The notes under the pieces: model-generated | The model's input: the letters and a program-made list of their open reading frames with translations, nothing else | Database searches by the model: none | What the model was told of the DNA's origin: nothing | Made by a program: the position numbers and the translations under genes | Assembly: GCF_016903815.1 (NCBI RefSeq) | Contig: NZ_CP069973.1 | DNA: 64,000 bases | Reading direction: 5' to 3' (one strand) | Source of the DNA: Escherichia coli | GTDB lineage: Bacteria; Pseudomonadota; Gammaproteobacteria; Enterobacterales; Enterobacteriaceae | Part shown: in pieces, positions 30,022 to 38,116 of the stretch | How positions within the stretch are numbered: the first letter of the stretch is position 1 | Layout: each line of letters opens with the position of its first letter

Positions 30022-31010
30022 GTACTGGCGGAAGCATCCCATATCATTTGCGGCAAAACAAAGCCATTGAAAGGAATCTATTTATAGAATCCCTAAGAAG
30101 GTTAAACAATTATACAAACATATCCGAATATGTATATATAGGATTCGGGGGGCCTTTCCTCGAAGATTTCAAACAAATTCATAATTTGTTAAAAGTGACT
30201 AAAATGATATCTATCGAAGGAGATAAAAATGTCCATTGCCGACAACAGTTTAACAAACCATTATCTTGCATAAATTTGGGTGATACCCCAGAAATGAGCG
30301 GAGACTTCATCAATCGCTATAACTTTGACGATAAAACGATCATATGGTTAGATTATGCAACGCCTTCAGACTTAAATGCTCAGTTAAATGAAATAGTTAA
30401 TTTGGTTACAAAGCTAAAACCCAAAGACATTTTTAAGATCACTTTAAATGCAAACCCTGAAGCCTTGGGAAAAAACCCGAGCGAACGAGATCCAAGAGCA
30501 TATAGATTTCAAAAGATAAACGATATTTTGACTCAAGATTTTTTACCACCGAATGCAGTAGTCGAAGATGTCGGATTTAAAAAATACCCTATGCTCCTAG
30601 TTAATGCTATGAGACGCGCAATAGGGCATGGATTAAAAGGTCGAAATGACATAAGAATACATCCATTAACTTCTTTCGTTTATAAAGATGGCCAACAGAT
30701 GGTTACTTTAACAGCTATCGTTCTTGAAAACACTGATACAGAAGAAGCTAAATTTATTGATAATTCCAGAATCAAGAATTGGCCATTTTATGATGGGAAG
30801 TGGAGTAATCCTAAAAATATAAACGTCCCTGCTATGTCTTTAAAAGAAAGGATACATATTGAATCTTTATTACCCGAAGCTTCAGTAGAAAACATCCATG
30901 AAACTCTAGGGTTTTACATTGGCTCCACTCCTTCTGGAGCCAACTCCGATCTAAGTAATTTTATCGAATACTACAAGGTCGTTCCATGGTATTCAAAGAT
31001 TCTTTTTTAA
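30018..31010 (+). CDS. Unknown 330-aa partner protein, translationally coupled to the GHKL ATPase, cargo gene 2
   Basis: ATGA start/stop overlap at 30018-30021. Glycine-rich 'VYIGFGGPF', then 'ISIEGD' and 'IIWLDYATP', loosely Rossmann/methyltransferase-fold-like. I see no nuclease motif. Confidence 0.7.
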   Translation: MSTGGSIPYHLRQNKAIERNLFIESLRRLNNYTNISEYVYIGFGGPFLEDFKQIHNLLKVTKMISIEGDKNVHCRQQFNKPLSCINLGDTPEMSGDFINRYNFDDKTIIWLDYATPSDLNAQLNEIVNLVTKLKPKDIFKITLNANPEALGKNPSERDPRAYRFQKINDILTQDFLPPNAVVEDVGFKKYPMLLVNAMRRAIGHGLKGRNDIRIHPLTSFVYKDGQQMVTLTAIVLENTDTEEAKFIDNSRIKNWPFYDGKWSNPKNINVPAMSLKERIHIESLLPEASVENIHETLGFYIGSTPSGANSDLSNFIEYYKVVPWYSKILF

Positions 31011-32112
31011 CTTTTAAACAGTAATCGTATAAAGGTAATAGCATAGCCTCAGCCACAAGCGGACTAACGCTATTACCTATCTGTCTAAAACTGTGCCACT
31101 TTGTAGGATGAAAACGGAACCAATCAGGAAACCCTTGTAACCTAGCTGCTTCACGAGGAGTTATCACCCTAGCTTGAGTAGGGTGAATTGGCCTAACGGC
31201 CTGATAACTCCCCTTGTCACTTCCTGTACCTGCTCTCAAAGTTGGACAAAAACCGTTAGGATTGAGTCGTTGTGATCTCGAAATCTTATCAGTTTCACCG
31301 AATGAAAGTTGTCTATATCTCCTGAGCACTTCCTCCGAATGAGCTGTACCTAAAAAGCCAGATACCAATCCTTTCTTTAAATTTTGAATGGATTCTGCAT
31401 CACCTACACCATTTGGTATATGTCCCCAAAGTCGCTCATAATAGTAACCATCTTTATCCATTTTTACTGAACGCCAGCCTTGCTCCTCTGTCTGCCACTC
31501 TTTTCTTATAGTTCGCGGTAATCCGTAGAGTGCATCTTTGACAAGAGTCTGCTCTATTATATTTTTAGGAAAAAAATCAGATTCTTTTAACTGATTAATA
31601 AAACCTCTTTTAAAACCCATGAAAAATATTCGTGTCCGTGTCGTAGGTGCTCCATAATTTGAAGCATTAACCCTTATTGGATGTAATAAACAATAGCCAT
31701 CTCTAACTAAAGAAAATGCTTCTTCTCTTACTGGATTATATTTCTCACCCATAATTCCTGGAACATTCTCTGCCAAAAAACAAATTGGAGATAACTCACT
31801 TACCAACCTAAAAAAATGAATATACAATTCATTTCTTGTATCATTGGCATTCCTTTTTCCAATGGTGCTAAATCCTTGGCAAGGTGGACCACCAATAACG
31901 CAATCAATGTCCTTTACAGCACATGCAGACAAAATATCTTTTGCTGTAAGCGAGCAGACATCCCGATGCAAATGTGTTGATTTTGGGAAGTTTAACTCAT
32001 GTGAAAAAATAGCATGTTTATCCAGTTCAACAGCTCCAACCAAGTTGAAACCGGCTCGAGTTGCCCCTAAGCTTAAACCGCCAACTCCAGAGAATAAATC
32101 AACTACATTCAT
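30961..32112 (-). CDS. C5 cytosine-specific DNA methyltransferase, cargo gene 3
   Basis: 383 aa from ATG 32112 (the track ORF begins at a TTG two codons upstream). Motifs I 'DLFSGVGGLS', IV 'GGPPCQGFS', VI 'ENVPG', VIII 'TRTRIFF', X 'QIGNSVSP'. A long variable region lies between VIII and IX. Confidence 0.9.
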   Translation of the reverse strand: MNVVDLFSGVGGLSLGATRAGFNLVGAVELDKHAIFSHELNFPKSTHLHRDVCSLTAKDILSACAVKDIDCVIGGPPCQGFSTIGKRNANDTRNELYIHFFRLVSELSPICFLAENVPGIMGEKYNPVREEAFSLVRDGYCLLHPIRVNASNYGAPTTRTRIFFMGFKRGFINQLKESDFFPKNIIEQTLVKDALYGLPRTIRKEWQTEEQGWRSVKMDKDGYYYERLWGHIPNGVGDAESIQNLKKGLVSGFLGTAHSEEVLRRYRQLSFGETDKISRSQRLNPNGFCPTLRAGTGSDKGSYQAVRPIHPTQARVITPREAARLQGFPDWFRFHPTKWHSFRQIGNSVSPLVAEAMLLPLYDYCLKVKKESLNTMERPCSIR

Positions 32113-32152
32113 ATTCAAATAACCATGCTAAAGATTCAACTAACGATCATGT

Positions 32153-32180
32153 ATTCTATCATGACATCAGTCATTGTCTA
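32153..32180 (-). promoter_or_regulatory. Candidate sigma70 promoter for the C5 methyltransferase, overlapping a small palindrome
   Basis: Minus strand TAGACA-N16-TAGAAT, about 35-40 nt upstream of the ATG. The spacer contains ATGACTGATGTCAT (inverted ATGAC/GTCAT). Pattern match only. Confidence 0.35.
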
Positions 32181-32394
32181 AAGCCATAGTTGCTTTAAAA
32201 GTTGAATCAAACTAACAATCCCTTAATGTGAGAAAGTGATTTTTCGGATGATTAATAGCCACGCTCCAGCCCCCTGAAGTTCCCAATTTGCTGCTGATGG
32301 TCATTTTGAAAAACTCAAAGCAAGTGAACGACAGTTACTCTCTCCAAGCTCCGACCATCCAAACGAACAATGTAATCCTATGCAATTATATCAG

Positions 32395-34458
32395 CTAGCC
32401 ACTTATCTTCTCTTGCCGAGTAAACATTGGCAAATAATGCTTTAATGTGTTTCTAAACACTCTGACGACCTCTGGGTCACTCCATTCGATAACACCGTCA
32501 TCAACCAGATTAAGCACTGCTGCGGCGTGCTCAGAAGGTGTGGGAGCCGGTAACGAAGTATCACCACCAGTGAGCTTTCCACAGTTATTGACAGGACTCC
32601 GAGGCGCGGCGATGCCGCTTTTTAAAGTCAAAGGCTCAACGACCGGAACTTTCGGCACAATGCGCCAGTCCGTCGTTCTGGTGATATGAATATGACGCGC
32701 GCCGAGATGCGGCGCGTAAATGCCGACCACTCTCTCGACTTCTTCCTCGTACTCGTTAACGTCATCCGACGGGCTACGGGCAACCCTGACAGTCTGACAA
32801 TCGCGCGGGACATTTGCCCCACCCTGCGCGCTGATATACAACGCAAAATCACCACTGTCTGCGGCAGCGCGAGCAGCCTCGACGCGTTCGTCAAACTCAT
32901 CAGCAATACTGACGCCGCGAGGCAATTTGCGTAGTTCACGGTAAGCCCCCATTGTCGGCAGTCCAACCGTTTTAAATTGCGGGATGCGCCACGTTGACGC
33001 CCATGCAGTAACAGCCGCGGCAGTATCTTTCAGAGGTCTGCCGGTATCGTTATCGAGCTGACCATCCAGTGCATAGCCGTCGATGTTTTTTGAGATGTAT
33101 TTCGCGATATACCCCGCAGCACCGCCCCGGTTAAGGTGTTTTGCCTGAAAACGGTTTCGCGCGGCTCCTCTTTCGTCGCCATCCTCTTTGAGCGCATAGC
33201 GACGCATGATTTCGATAATCTGGTTACGCTGGCGCGGATTACAAAAAAGCATCATATGCCAGTGCGGCGTTCCGTCGTGGTGTGGCTCGACGACACGCAA
33301 ACCGTAGACCTGTAAATCATTATCCTTGAATGCCGTGCGCATCAGGCTCCAGATACGGCAGAGATAACGCTGCGCATCCTTTGGATTAAATGCCTCATCG
33401 TTCCAGCCGTGATTTAGCTGGACGGTTTTACTTTCGCCTTTTCTGACCTGACGTGTCGGGTGATACTTTGACGGCGCGGTCAGCGTGATAAACATCCCCA
33501 CATCACCCTCTGCTGCGGCGTAACGCTCAATACCGGCAATGGTGTTCATCAGCTCCATCCGGCGAATTTCAGGATTAGAAATACTGCCCATCACCTTACT
33601 GATAAGGTCGATGCGCTCGCCGGTTTCCCTGTTTTCGAGATCACACGATTTAAGAAATTCCAGATTTGCCTGGCGGCGTGCACGCACATCACGAATGGCA
33701 TGTTTACTGGCATAAGGAGAACGGTCTTTATTGACCTCCCCGACAGCAATCAGTAACGCCTCATGCCAGCGCATACGCTGGCCTTTAAGCTGATGAGTCC
33801 ACCACTCATCGTTAAACAGACGGGCAATGGCAGAATATGCCTGCCTCGTGGTCATCTGCCCTTTACGGTATTTTTTCCAGTAGAGAGGGGATATATTGAA
33901 AGCACGTGCAGCGCCAGCAACATGACCATAGAGGTGAGCCTGCGCCTCATCCGTAAACAGCGATTCTTTTTCGCCATGCGCATCCACCCAGGCATCGCTG
34001 AGTTCCTCATACATCATGAAAAGCTGCGATGAGATACGGGCAGCAAACTTTTTCAGCTCCTTGTCATTCATTCCCGGCAGGCGCGCATAGTGGTCACGCT
34101 CTGCCAGAAACAGTAACGACGCGTCGGTGTTCATTTCATGGCGCTGATTCACACGCTCAATGCGCGGCCATAAACGGCGCTGAAAAGTGGATGTGAGGAA
34201 ATAAAACCCGTGCACCGGGCTTTTATTGCGCCGGATGTAGTCATAGCGTGAAGTAAACAGCGAACGCAAAAAGTAAGGCAGGCGGTTAATCGTGGATAAA
34301 ACACCTTGCACCTGACGCATCTCGTCACGTGTAAGGGGTCTTTCGCGCCCGACAGCCTCGCGTGGCGCGCTCCATGCATAAGCACCGGTAAACGTCTTAC
34401 CGGTGCCTGCAGCAAATGCTGACGGAGGGACAAAACGCCCGGAGGCTTTAATGGCCAT
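32395..34458 (-). CDS. A: Rolling-circle replication initiator endonuclease A
   Basis: 687 aa from 'MAIKASGRFVPPSAFAAGTGK...'. Conserved 'HHDGTPHWHMMLF' and 'YIAKYISKN' (HUH / active-Tyr motifs). The C-terminus is shorter and different from P2 A as I recall it. Confidence 0.92.
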   Translation of the reverse strand: MAIKASGRFVPPSAFAAGTGKTFTGAYAWSAPREAVGRERPLTRDEMRQVQGVLSTINRLPYFLRSLFTSRYDYIRRNKSPVHGFYFLTSTFQRRLWPRIERVNQRHEMNTDASLLFLAERDHYARLPGMNDKELKKFAARISSQLFMMYEELSDAWVDAHGEKESLFTDEAQAHLYGHVAGAARAFNISPLYWKKYRKGQMTTRQAYSAIARLFNDEWWTHQLKGQRMRWHEALLIAVGEVNKDRSPYASKHAIRDVRARRQANLEFLKSCDLENRETGERIDLISKVMGSISNPEIRRMELMNTIAGIERYAAAEGDVGMFITLTAPSKYHPTRQVRKGESKTVQLNHGWNDEAFNPKDAQRYLCRIWSLMRTAFKDNDLQVYGLRVVEPHHDGTPHWHMMLFCNPRQRNQIIEIMRRYALKEDGDERGAARNRFQAKHLNRGGAAGYIAKYISKNIDGYALDGQLDNDTGRPLKDTAAAVTAWASTWRIPQFKTVGLPTMGAYRELRKLPRGVSIADEFDERVEAARAAADSGDFALYISAQGGANVPRDCQTVRVARSPSDDVNEYEEEVERVVGIYAPHLGARHIHITRTTDWRIVPKVPVVEPLTLKSGIAAPRSPVNNCGKLTGGDTSLPAPTPSEHAAAVLNLVDDGVIEWSDPEVVRVFRNTLKHYLPMFTRQEKISG

Positions 34459-34723
34459 ATGAGCCAAAAGCCTCTGAACAACGCTTGCTGAGTTGCTCAA
34501 CCTGCGCGTTTAAATCAGCAAAAGACTTTGCGCTTCCGGTCAGAATATCGTGATGCATCAGGCCGGAAACGAGCTGGCTTAATTTCGGGTAATAACCAAC
34601 CACCGCCAGCCACTCCTGACCGGCGTTTTTACCGCTTTCCGCTCTCTTTTTCTCATGGAGAATAAACTGAAAGCTGTCACTGGTAACGACATAACGTTCG
34701 CCAATTTCTATACGAATGCTCAT
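34448..34723 (-). CDS. P2 early-operon small protein (orf83-like)
   Basis: 91 aa, immediately upstream of A in the early operon. Function unknown. Confidence 0.7.
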   Translation of the reverse strand: MSIRIEIGERYVVTSDSFQFILHEKKRAESGKNAGQEWLAVVGYYPKLSQLVSGLMHHDILTGSAKSFADLNAQVEQLSKRCSEAFGSYGH

Positions 34724-34944
34724 GCCATTCTCCGGTAATGTTTGTTTTTTGCTTCAAAGACTGACTGACAGGAAACACAACGCGTGGCTGACGGATAAGC
34801 CGCACGACGGGCAGCAGGTATTGGCACGTCACACTCTTCACAAACCAGCGCAGAAGCACCGCAATGTTTTACCCTTGCCGCGTTAATCTGGCGCTCCAGT
34901 AATTCAGCCTGCTGTTCCTGAATAAAATCCACGTTGTCCGGCAT
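34720..34944 (-). CDS. TraR/DksA-family C4 zinc-finger protein (P2 orf82-like)
   Basis: 74 aa with 'CEECDVPIPAARRAAYPSATRCVSCQ', a CxxC-N17-CxxC motif. Confidence 0.8.
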   Translation of the reverse strand: MPDNVDFIQEQQAELLERQINAARVKHCGASALVCEECDVPIPAARRAAYPSATRCVSCQSVFEAKNKHYRRMA

Positions 34945-35249
34945 TACCAGCTCCTTTTGTCGTTCAGCTTCTTAAATTCATCAGCGCAATAGCTGGCGAT
35001 TTCTGTCGTTAATTTCGTCAGTTCATCCACGGAGGAGATTTGCTTATGAAATACAGCGCGTTTAACAAGTAAATTGACCACATCAGACAGGAGGTTTAAT
35101 TCGTTCTGATAAATCGCGATAACAGATTCAGTTATTTCGCGTTTTTCTTTATCAAGACCAAGTTGAATAAGAGACAAATCGCCATTTTTCATAACGGCGA
35201 TTTTTAAGGCATTGTTCAGTAATACAACTGAATGAGAACAGGACATCAA
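34944..35249 (-). CDS. P2 early-operon small protein (orf81-like)
   Basis: 101 aa. Overlapping stop/start with its neighbours. Confidence 0.65.
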   Translation of the reverse strand: MMSCSHSVVLLNNALKIAVMKNGDLSLIQLGLDKEKREITESVIAIYQNELNLLSDVVNLLVKRAVFHKQISSVDELTKLTTEIASYCADEFKKLNDKRSW

Positions 35250-35470
35250 AGCACCTCCCCGCGAGACAACCCGATATTGTGAAATTTTTCCGACTCCTGA
35301 CTGAGCAGCTCGACTATCTCCACGCGGGATAACTCCGCCTTTGTGATATGGCGAATCATGGCGTCAAGATGAGAAGAAAAGCGCGTCGCTGCGTCGGCCT
35401 GTGCTTCGGTTCTGGCCTGTTGCAGCAGTAATGCGTATTTACCGCACTGATTTTCAGAAACTGTATGCAT
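35246..35470 (-). CDS. P2 early-operon small protein (orf80-like)
   Basis: 74 aa from '[18 protein letters not shown]...'. The upstream start in the track ORF is less likely. Confidence 0.6.
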   Translation of the reverse strand: MHTVSENQCGKYALLLQQARTEAQADAATRFSSHLDAMIRHITKAELSRVEIVELLSQESEKFHNIGLSRGEVL

Positions 35471-35533
35471 GACTTTCTCCAGGCAAAAAGAAGCCCCGCA
35501 CAATTAAGTGCGTTAAAAACTCTGGTTAATTAC

Positions 35534-36034
35534 TTAATGCAGATATTGCTCTGGTTTTACCGATGTCAGAATTGTCGGTGCATACTCAAACAGACTGAAT
35601 AATTCACGTAATGCACGGAATAAAGCTTCACGCCAGTAACATGATTCTTCATTAATTCGCCAGTATGGCTGGTTAAATTCTTTTTCTGTCAGTCGTGCGT
35701 GCATAAATAAAGTGCGGCGCTGACTGACAGTTAAAAAGCTAATATATGCATACTCACTTGCACCGACCTGACGGCGTTTTGAGAATGCCCCACGCAATTC
35801 ATCAATTGCACAAACCAGCCGTTCACGTTCGACGTCGTTCATTTCTTCAAAACGCATCGTTGCGTGACGTTGTTTTAACTGCGCATGAAAGCAAACTGTT
35901 AGCCGTTCGCGCTCCATCATCTGATTATAATAATCACATGTCTCCTGCCAGCGAGGAACGGCAAGATGCTTACCAATTATCCGGCGCATAGTTGCTGGCT
36001 GTTTTTCAACGAGATTGAGCGTCATCACTGTCAT
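35534..36034 (-). CDS. B: Replication protein B (DnaB helicase loader)
   Basis: 166 aa. P2 gpB position and sequence. Confidence 0.88.
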   Translation of the reverse strand: MTVMTLNLVEKQPATMRRIIGKHLAVPRWQETCDYYNQMMERERLTVCFHAQLKQRHATMRFEEMNDVERERLVCAIDELRGAFSKRRQVGASEYAYISFLTVSQRRTLFMHARLTEKEFNQPYWRINEESCYWREALFRALRELFSLFEYAPTILTSVKPEQYLH

Positions 36035-36201
36035 TTCCAGCCCCTCCGGCTTTTCAGAAAGGTCAGAGCCTTCTTTAACGGACTCTGTTTTTTGGTGCGG
36101 ATAATGATTCCCTTGCGTCCCTTCCCGTGGGTGATGGTGAAGTCAATCGCCCTGGGGCTTTCGTTACGCAATAACTGAGCAATACAACGAGGCTCATTCA
36201 T
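36031..36201 (-). CDS. P2 early-operon small basic protein (orf78-like)
   Basis: 56 aa from 'MNEPRCIAQLLRNESPRAIDF...'. Lies between cox and B. Confidence 0.65.
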   Translation of the reverse strand: MNEPRCIAQLLRNESPRAIDFTITHGKGRKGIIIRTKKQSPLKKALTFLKSRRGWK

Positions 36202-36211
36202 ACGGTTCTCC

Positions 36212-36487
36212 TTAACGTGGTTCACCGAGACCTAACCACATCAACCAGCCGTCACGAATCTCTTTAGGACGGCTTTCATAAGCCAGTTTTAGTCCGTTAT
36301 TCCATGCCGGAATGTATACCCAATATTCACCAGCACGCCCCGATACTGACTGAGGGTCAGTAATCTCAATAACTGGTAATTTCCCTTTCTCAATCATGCC
36401 CCTTACAGCTCTTGGAGTTTTACCAATGAGTTTTGCAAACTCCTGATAAGGCACGGCATCAGTCACGCTTACAAGCTGTCTATTCAT
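36212..36487 (-). CDS. cox: Cox (excisionase / repressor of Pc)
   Basis: 91 aa. First gene of the early operon, divergent from C. P2 Cox-like C-terminal half. Confidence 0.88.
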   Translation of the reverse strand: MNRQLVSVTDAVPYQEFAKLIGKTPRAVRGMIEKGKLPVIEITDPQSVSGRAGEYWVYIPAWNNGLKLAYESRPKEIRDGWLMWLGLGEPR

Positions 36488-36512
36488 CTGCTACGATTCT
36501 CCCTTAGTGCTT

Positions 36513-36531
36513 CTAATGGCTCCTAATGGCT
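36513..36531. promoter_or_regulatory. Candidate immunity operator: 9-bp direct repeat CTAATGGCT x2 (10-bp period) in the cox/C divergent promoter region
   Basis: Exact tandem-phased repeat 26-44 nt upstream of the cox ATG. P2-type C repressors bind directly repeated half-sites flanking Pe. Confidence 0.45.
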
Positions 36532-36608
36532 AATTATTGCCTAAAAGGATAACTCCAGAAGCACAACATTTCACACCATCAGCAAGAAATTACGCAATCG
36601 GAGTAATT

Positions 36609-36908
36609 ATGTCAATAGACGTTTCGGAGAAGTTGAAGCTAATCCGTGAATCTGAAAGGTTAAACCGTAAAGAATTCAGTGAATTAACTGGTGTAGCCTA
36701 CAGCTCACTTTCGAGCTATGAGAGCCGGTCAAAAAACGCTGGAGTTGAAGCCATAATGAAGGTCTTACAACATCCCAGATTTACTAAATATACTTTGTGG
36801 TTCATGACTGATCAGGTAGCTCCAGAAGCCGGGCAAATTGCGCCCGCTCTCGCACACTTTGGGCAAAACGAAACAACGTCGCCCCACTCCGGTCAAAAGA
36901 CTGGTTAA
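36609..36908 (+). CDS. C: Immunity repressor C
   Basis: 99 aa from 'MSIDVSEKLKLIRESERLNRKEFSELTGVAYSSLSSYESR...' (HTH). The C-terminal 'FTKYTLWFMTDQVAPEAGQIAPALAHFGQNETTSPHSGQKTG' is P2 C-like. Confidence 0.88.
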   Translation: MSIDVSEKLKLIRESERLNRKEFSELTGVAYSSLSSYESRSKNAGVEAIMKVLQHPRFTKYTLWFMTDQVAPEAGQIAPALAHFGQNETTSPHSGQKTG

Positions 36909-37023
36909 CAATTTATCGTGAATATATTCATCACAAGTGCCTACTATTGGTGGCTAAATTTCAGCCACCACGAAAAAAGCGATTAGTAGTAGCAAAAAAA
37001 AGTACCACTCGGAGGGTTTTCTG

Positions 37024-38037
37024 ATGGCAATCAAAAAACTCGATGATGGTCGATATGAAGTGGACATTCGCCCTACTGGACGTAACGGAAAACGCATCCG
37101 TAGGAAGTTTGATAAGAAAAGCGAAGCTGTCGCTTTCGAAAAATACACGTTGTACAACCACCACAATAAAGAATGGCTATCAAAACCAACAGACAAACGA
37201 CGTCTGTCGGAACTGACACAGATCTGGTGGGATTTAAAGGGTAAACACGAAGAGCATGGGAAATCTAATCTTGGAAAAATTGAAATCTTCACAAAAATAA
37301 CGAATGACCCATGCGCATTTCAAATCACGAAATCCCTTATCAGCCAGTACTGCGCCACCCGAAGAAGTCAGGGTATTAAACCTTCGAGTATCAATCGTGA
37401 TTTAACATGTATTAGCGGCATGTTTACAGCCCTGATTGAAGCGGAGTTATTCTTTGGTGAGCACCCTATCAGAGGGACAAAGAGGCTTAAGGAGGAAAAA
37501 CCAGAAACAGGCTATCTCACACAGGAAGAAATTGCCTTACTGCTTGCAGCACTTGACGGCGACAATAAAAAGATTGCGATTCTTTGCCTGAGTACAGGAG
37601 CACGTTGGGGAGAAGCAGCTCGTTTGAAAGCAGAAAATATCATCCATAACCGCGTCACGTTTGTTAAAACGAAAACAAACAAACCACGCACCGTCCCGAT
37701 CTCAGAGGCTGTTGCCAAAATGATCGCGGATAACAAACGAGGTTTTTTATTCCCTGATGCTGATTACCCTCGCTTCAGACGAACAATGAAAGCAATAAAA
37801 CCGGATTTGCCAACGGGGCAAGCCACACATGCACTAAGGCACAGCTTTGCCACTCATTTCATGATTAATGGAGGAAGTATTATCACGCTACAACGGATAC
37901 TAGGTCACACGCGGATTGAGCAAACTATGGTTTACGCTCATTTTGCGCCAGAGTACCTTCAGGACGCCATTTCTCTTAATCCGCTAAGAGGTGGTACTGA
38001 AGCCGAGAGTGTCCACACAGTGTCCACAGTAGAGTAA
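37024..38037 (+). CDS. int: Tyrosine integrase
   Basis: 337 aa. Catalytic-region motifs 'TGARWGEA', 'HALRHSFATHF', 'LGHTRIEQTMVYAH'. Adjacent to att. Confidence 0.95.
   Translation: MAIKKLDDGRYEVDIRPTGRNGKRIRRKFDKKSEAVAFEKYTLYNHHNKEWLSKPTDKRRLSELTQIWWDLKGKHEEHGKSNLGKIEIFTKITNDPCAFQITKSLISQYCATRRSQGIKPSSINRDLTCISGMFTALIEAELFFGEHPIRGTKRLKEEKPETGYLTQEEIALLLAALDGDNKKIAILCLSTGARWGEAARLKAENIIHNRVTFVKTKTNKPRTVPISEAVAKMIADNKRGFLFPDADYPRFRRTMKAIKPDLPTGQATHALRHSFATHFMINGGSIITLQRILGHTRIEQTMVYAHFAPEYLQDAISLNPLRGGTEAESVHTVSTVE
38010..38028. promoter_or_regulatory. Candidate Int arm-type sites (TGTCCACA x2, 11-bp spacing)
   Basis: Exact 8-mer direct repeat one helical turn apart, within the last codons of int. 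Matches the pattern at 4993-5011. Confidence 0.4.
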
Positions 38038-38116
38038 CGTTTAAGGGCTTTCAGTGGTAATTTATGCCGCTCAAACCCGCATTGTACCGTTGAAAGCCCC
38101 TACTGGTGACACCCTA

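Noticed and set aside
36954-37292. 112-aa minus-strand ORF overlapping the int 5' end
   Set aside because: It is antisense to the integrase, and P2 has no gene here. The hairpin GGTGGCT..AGCCACC at about 36948-36970 lacks a U-tract on either strand, so I did not call it a terminator either.
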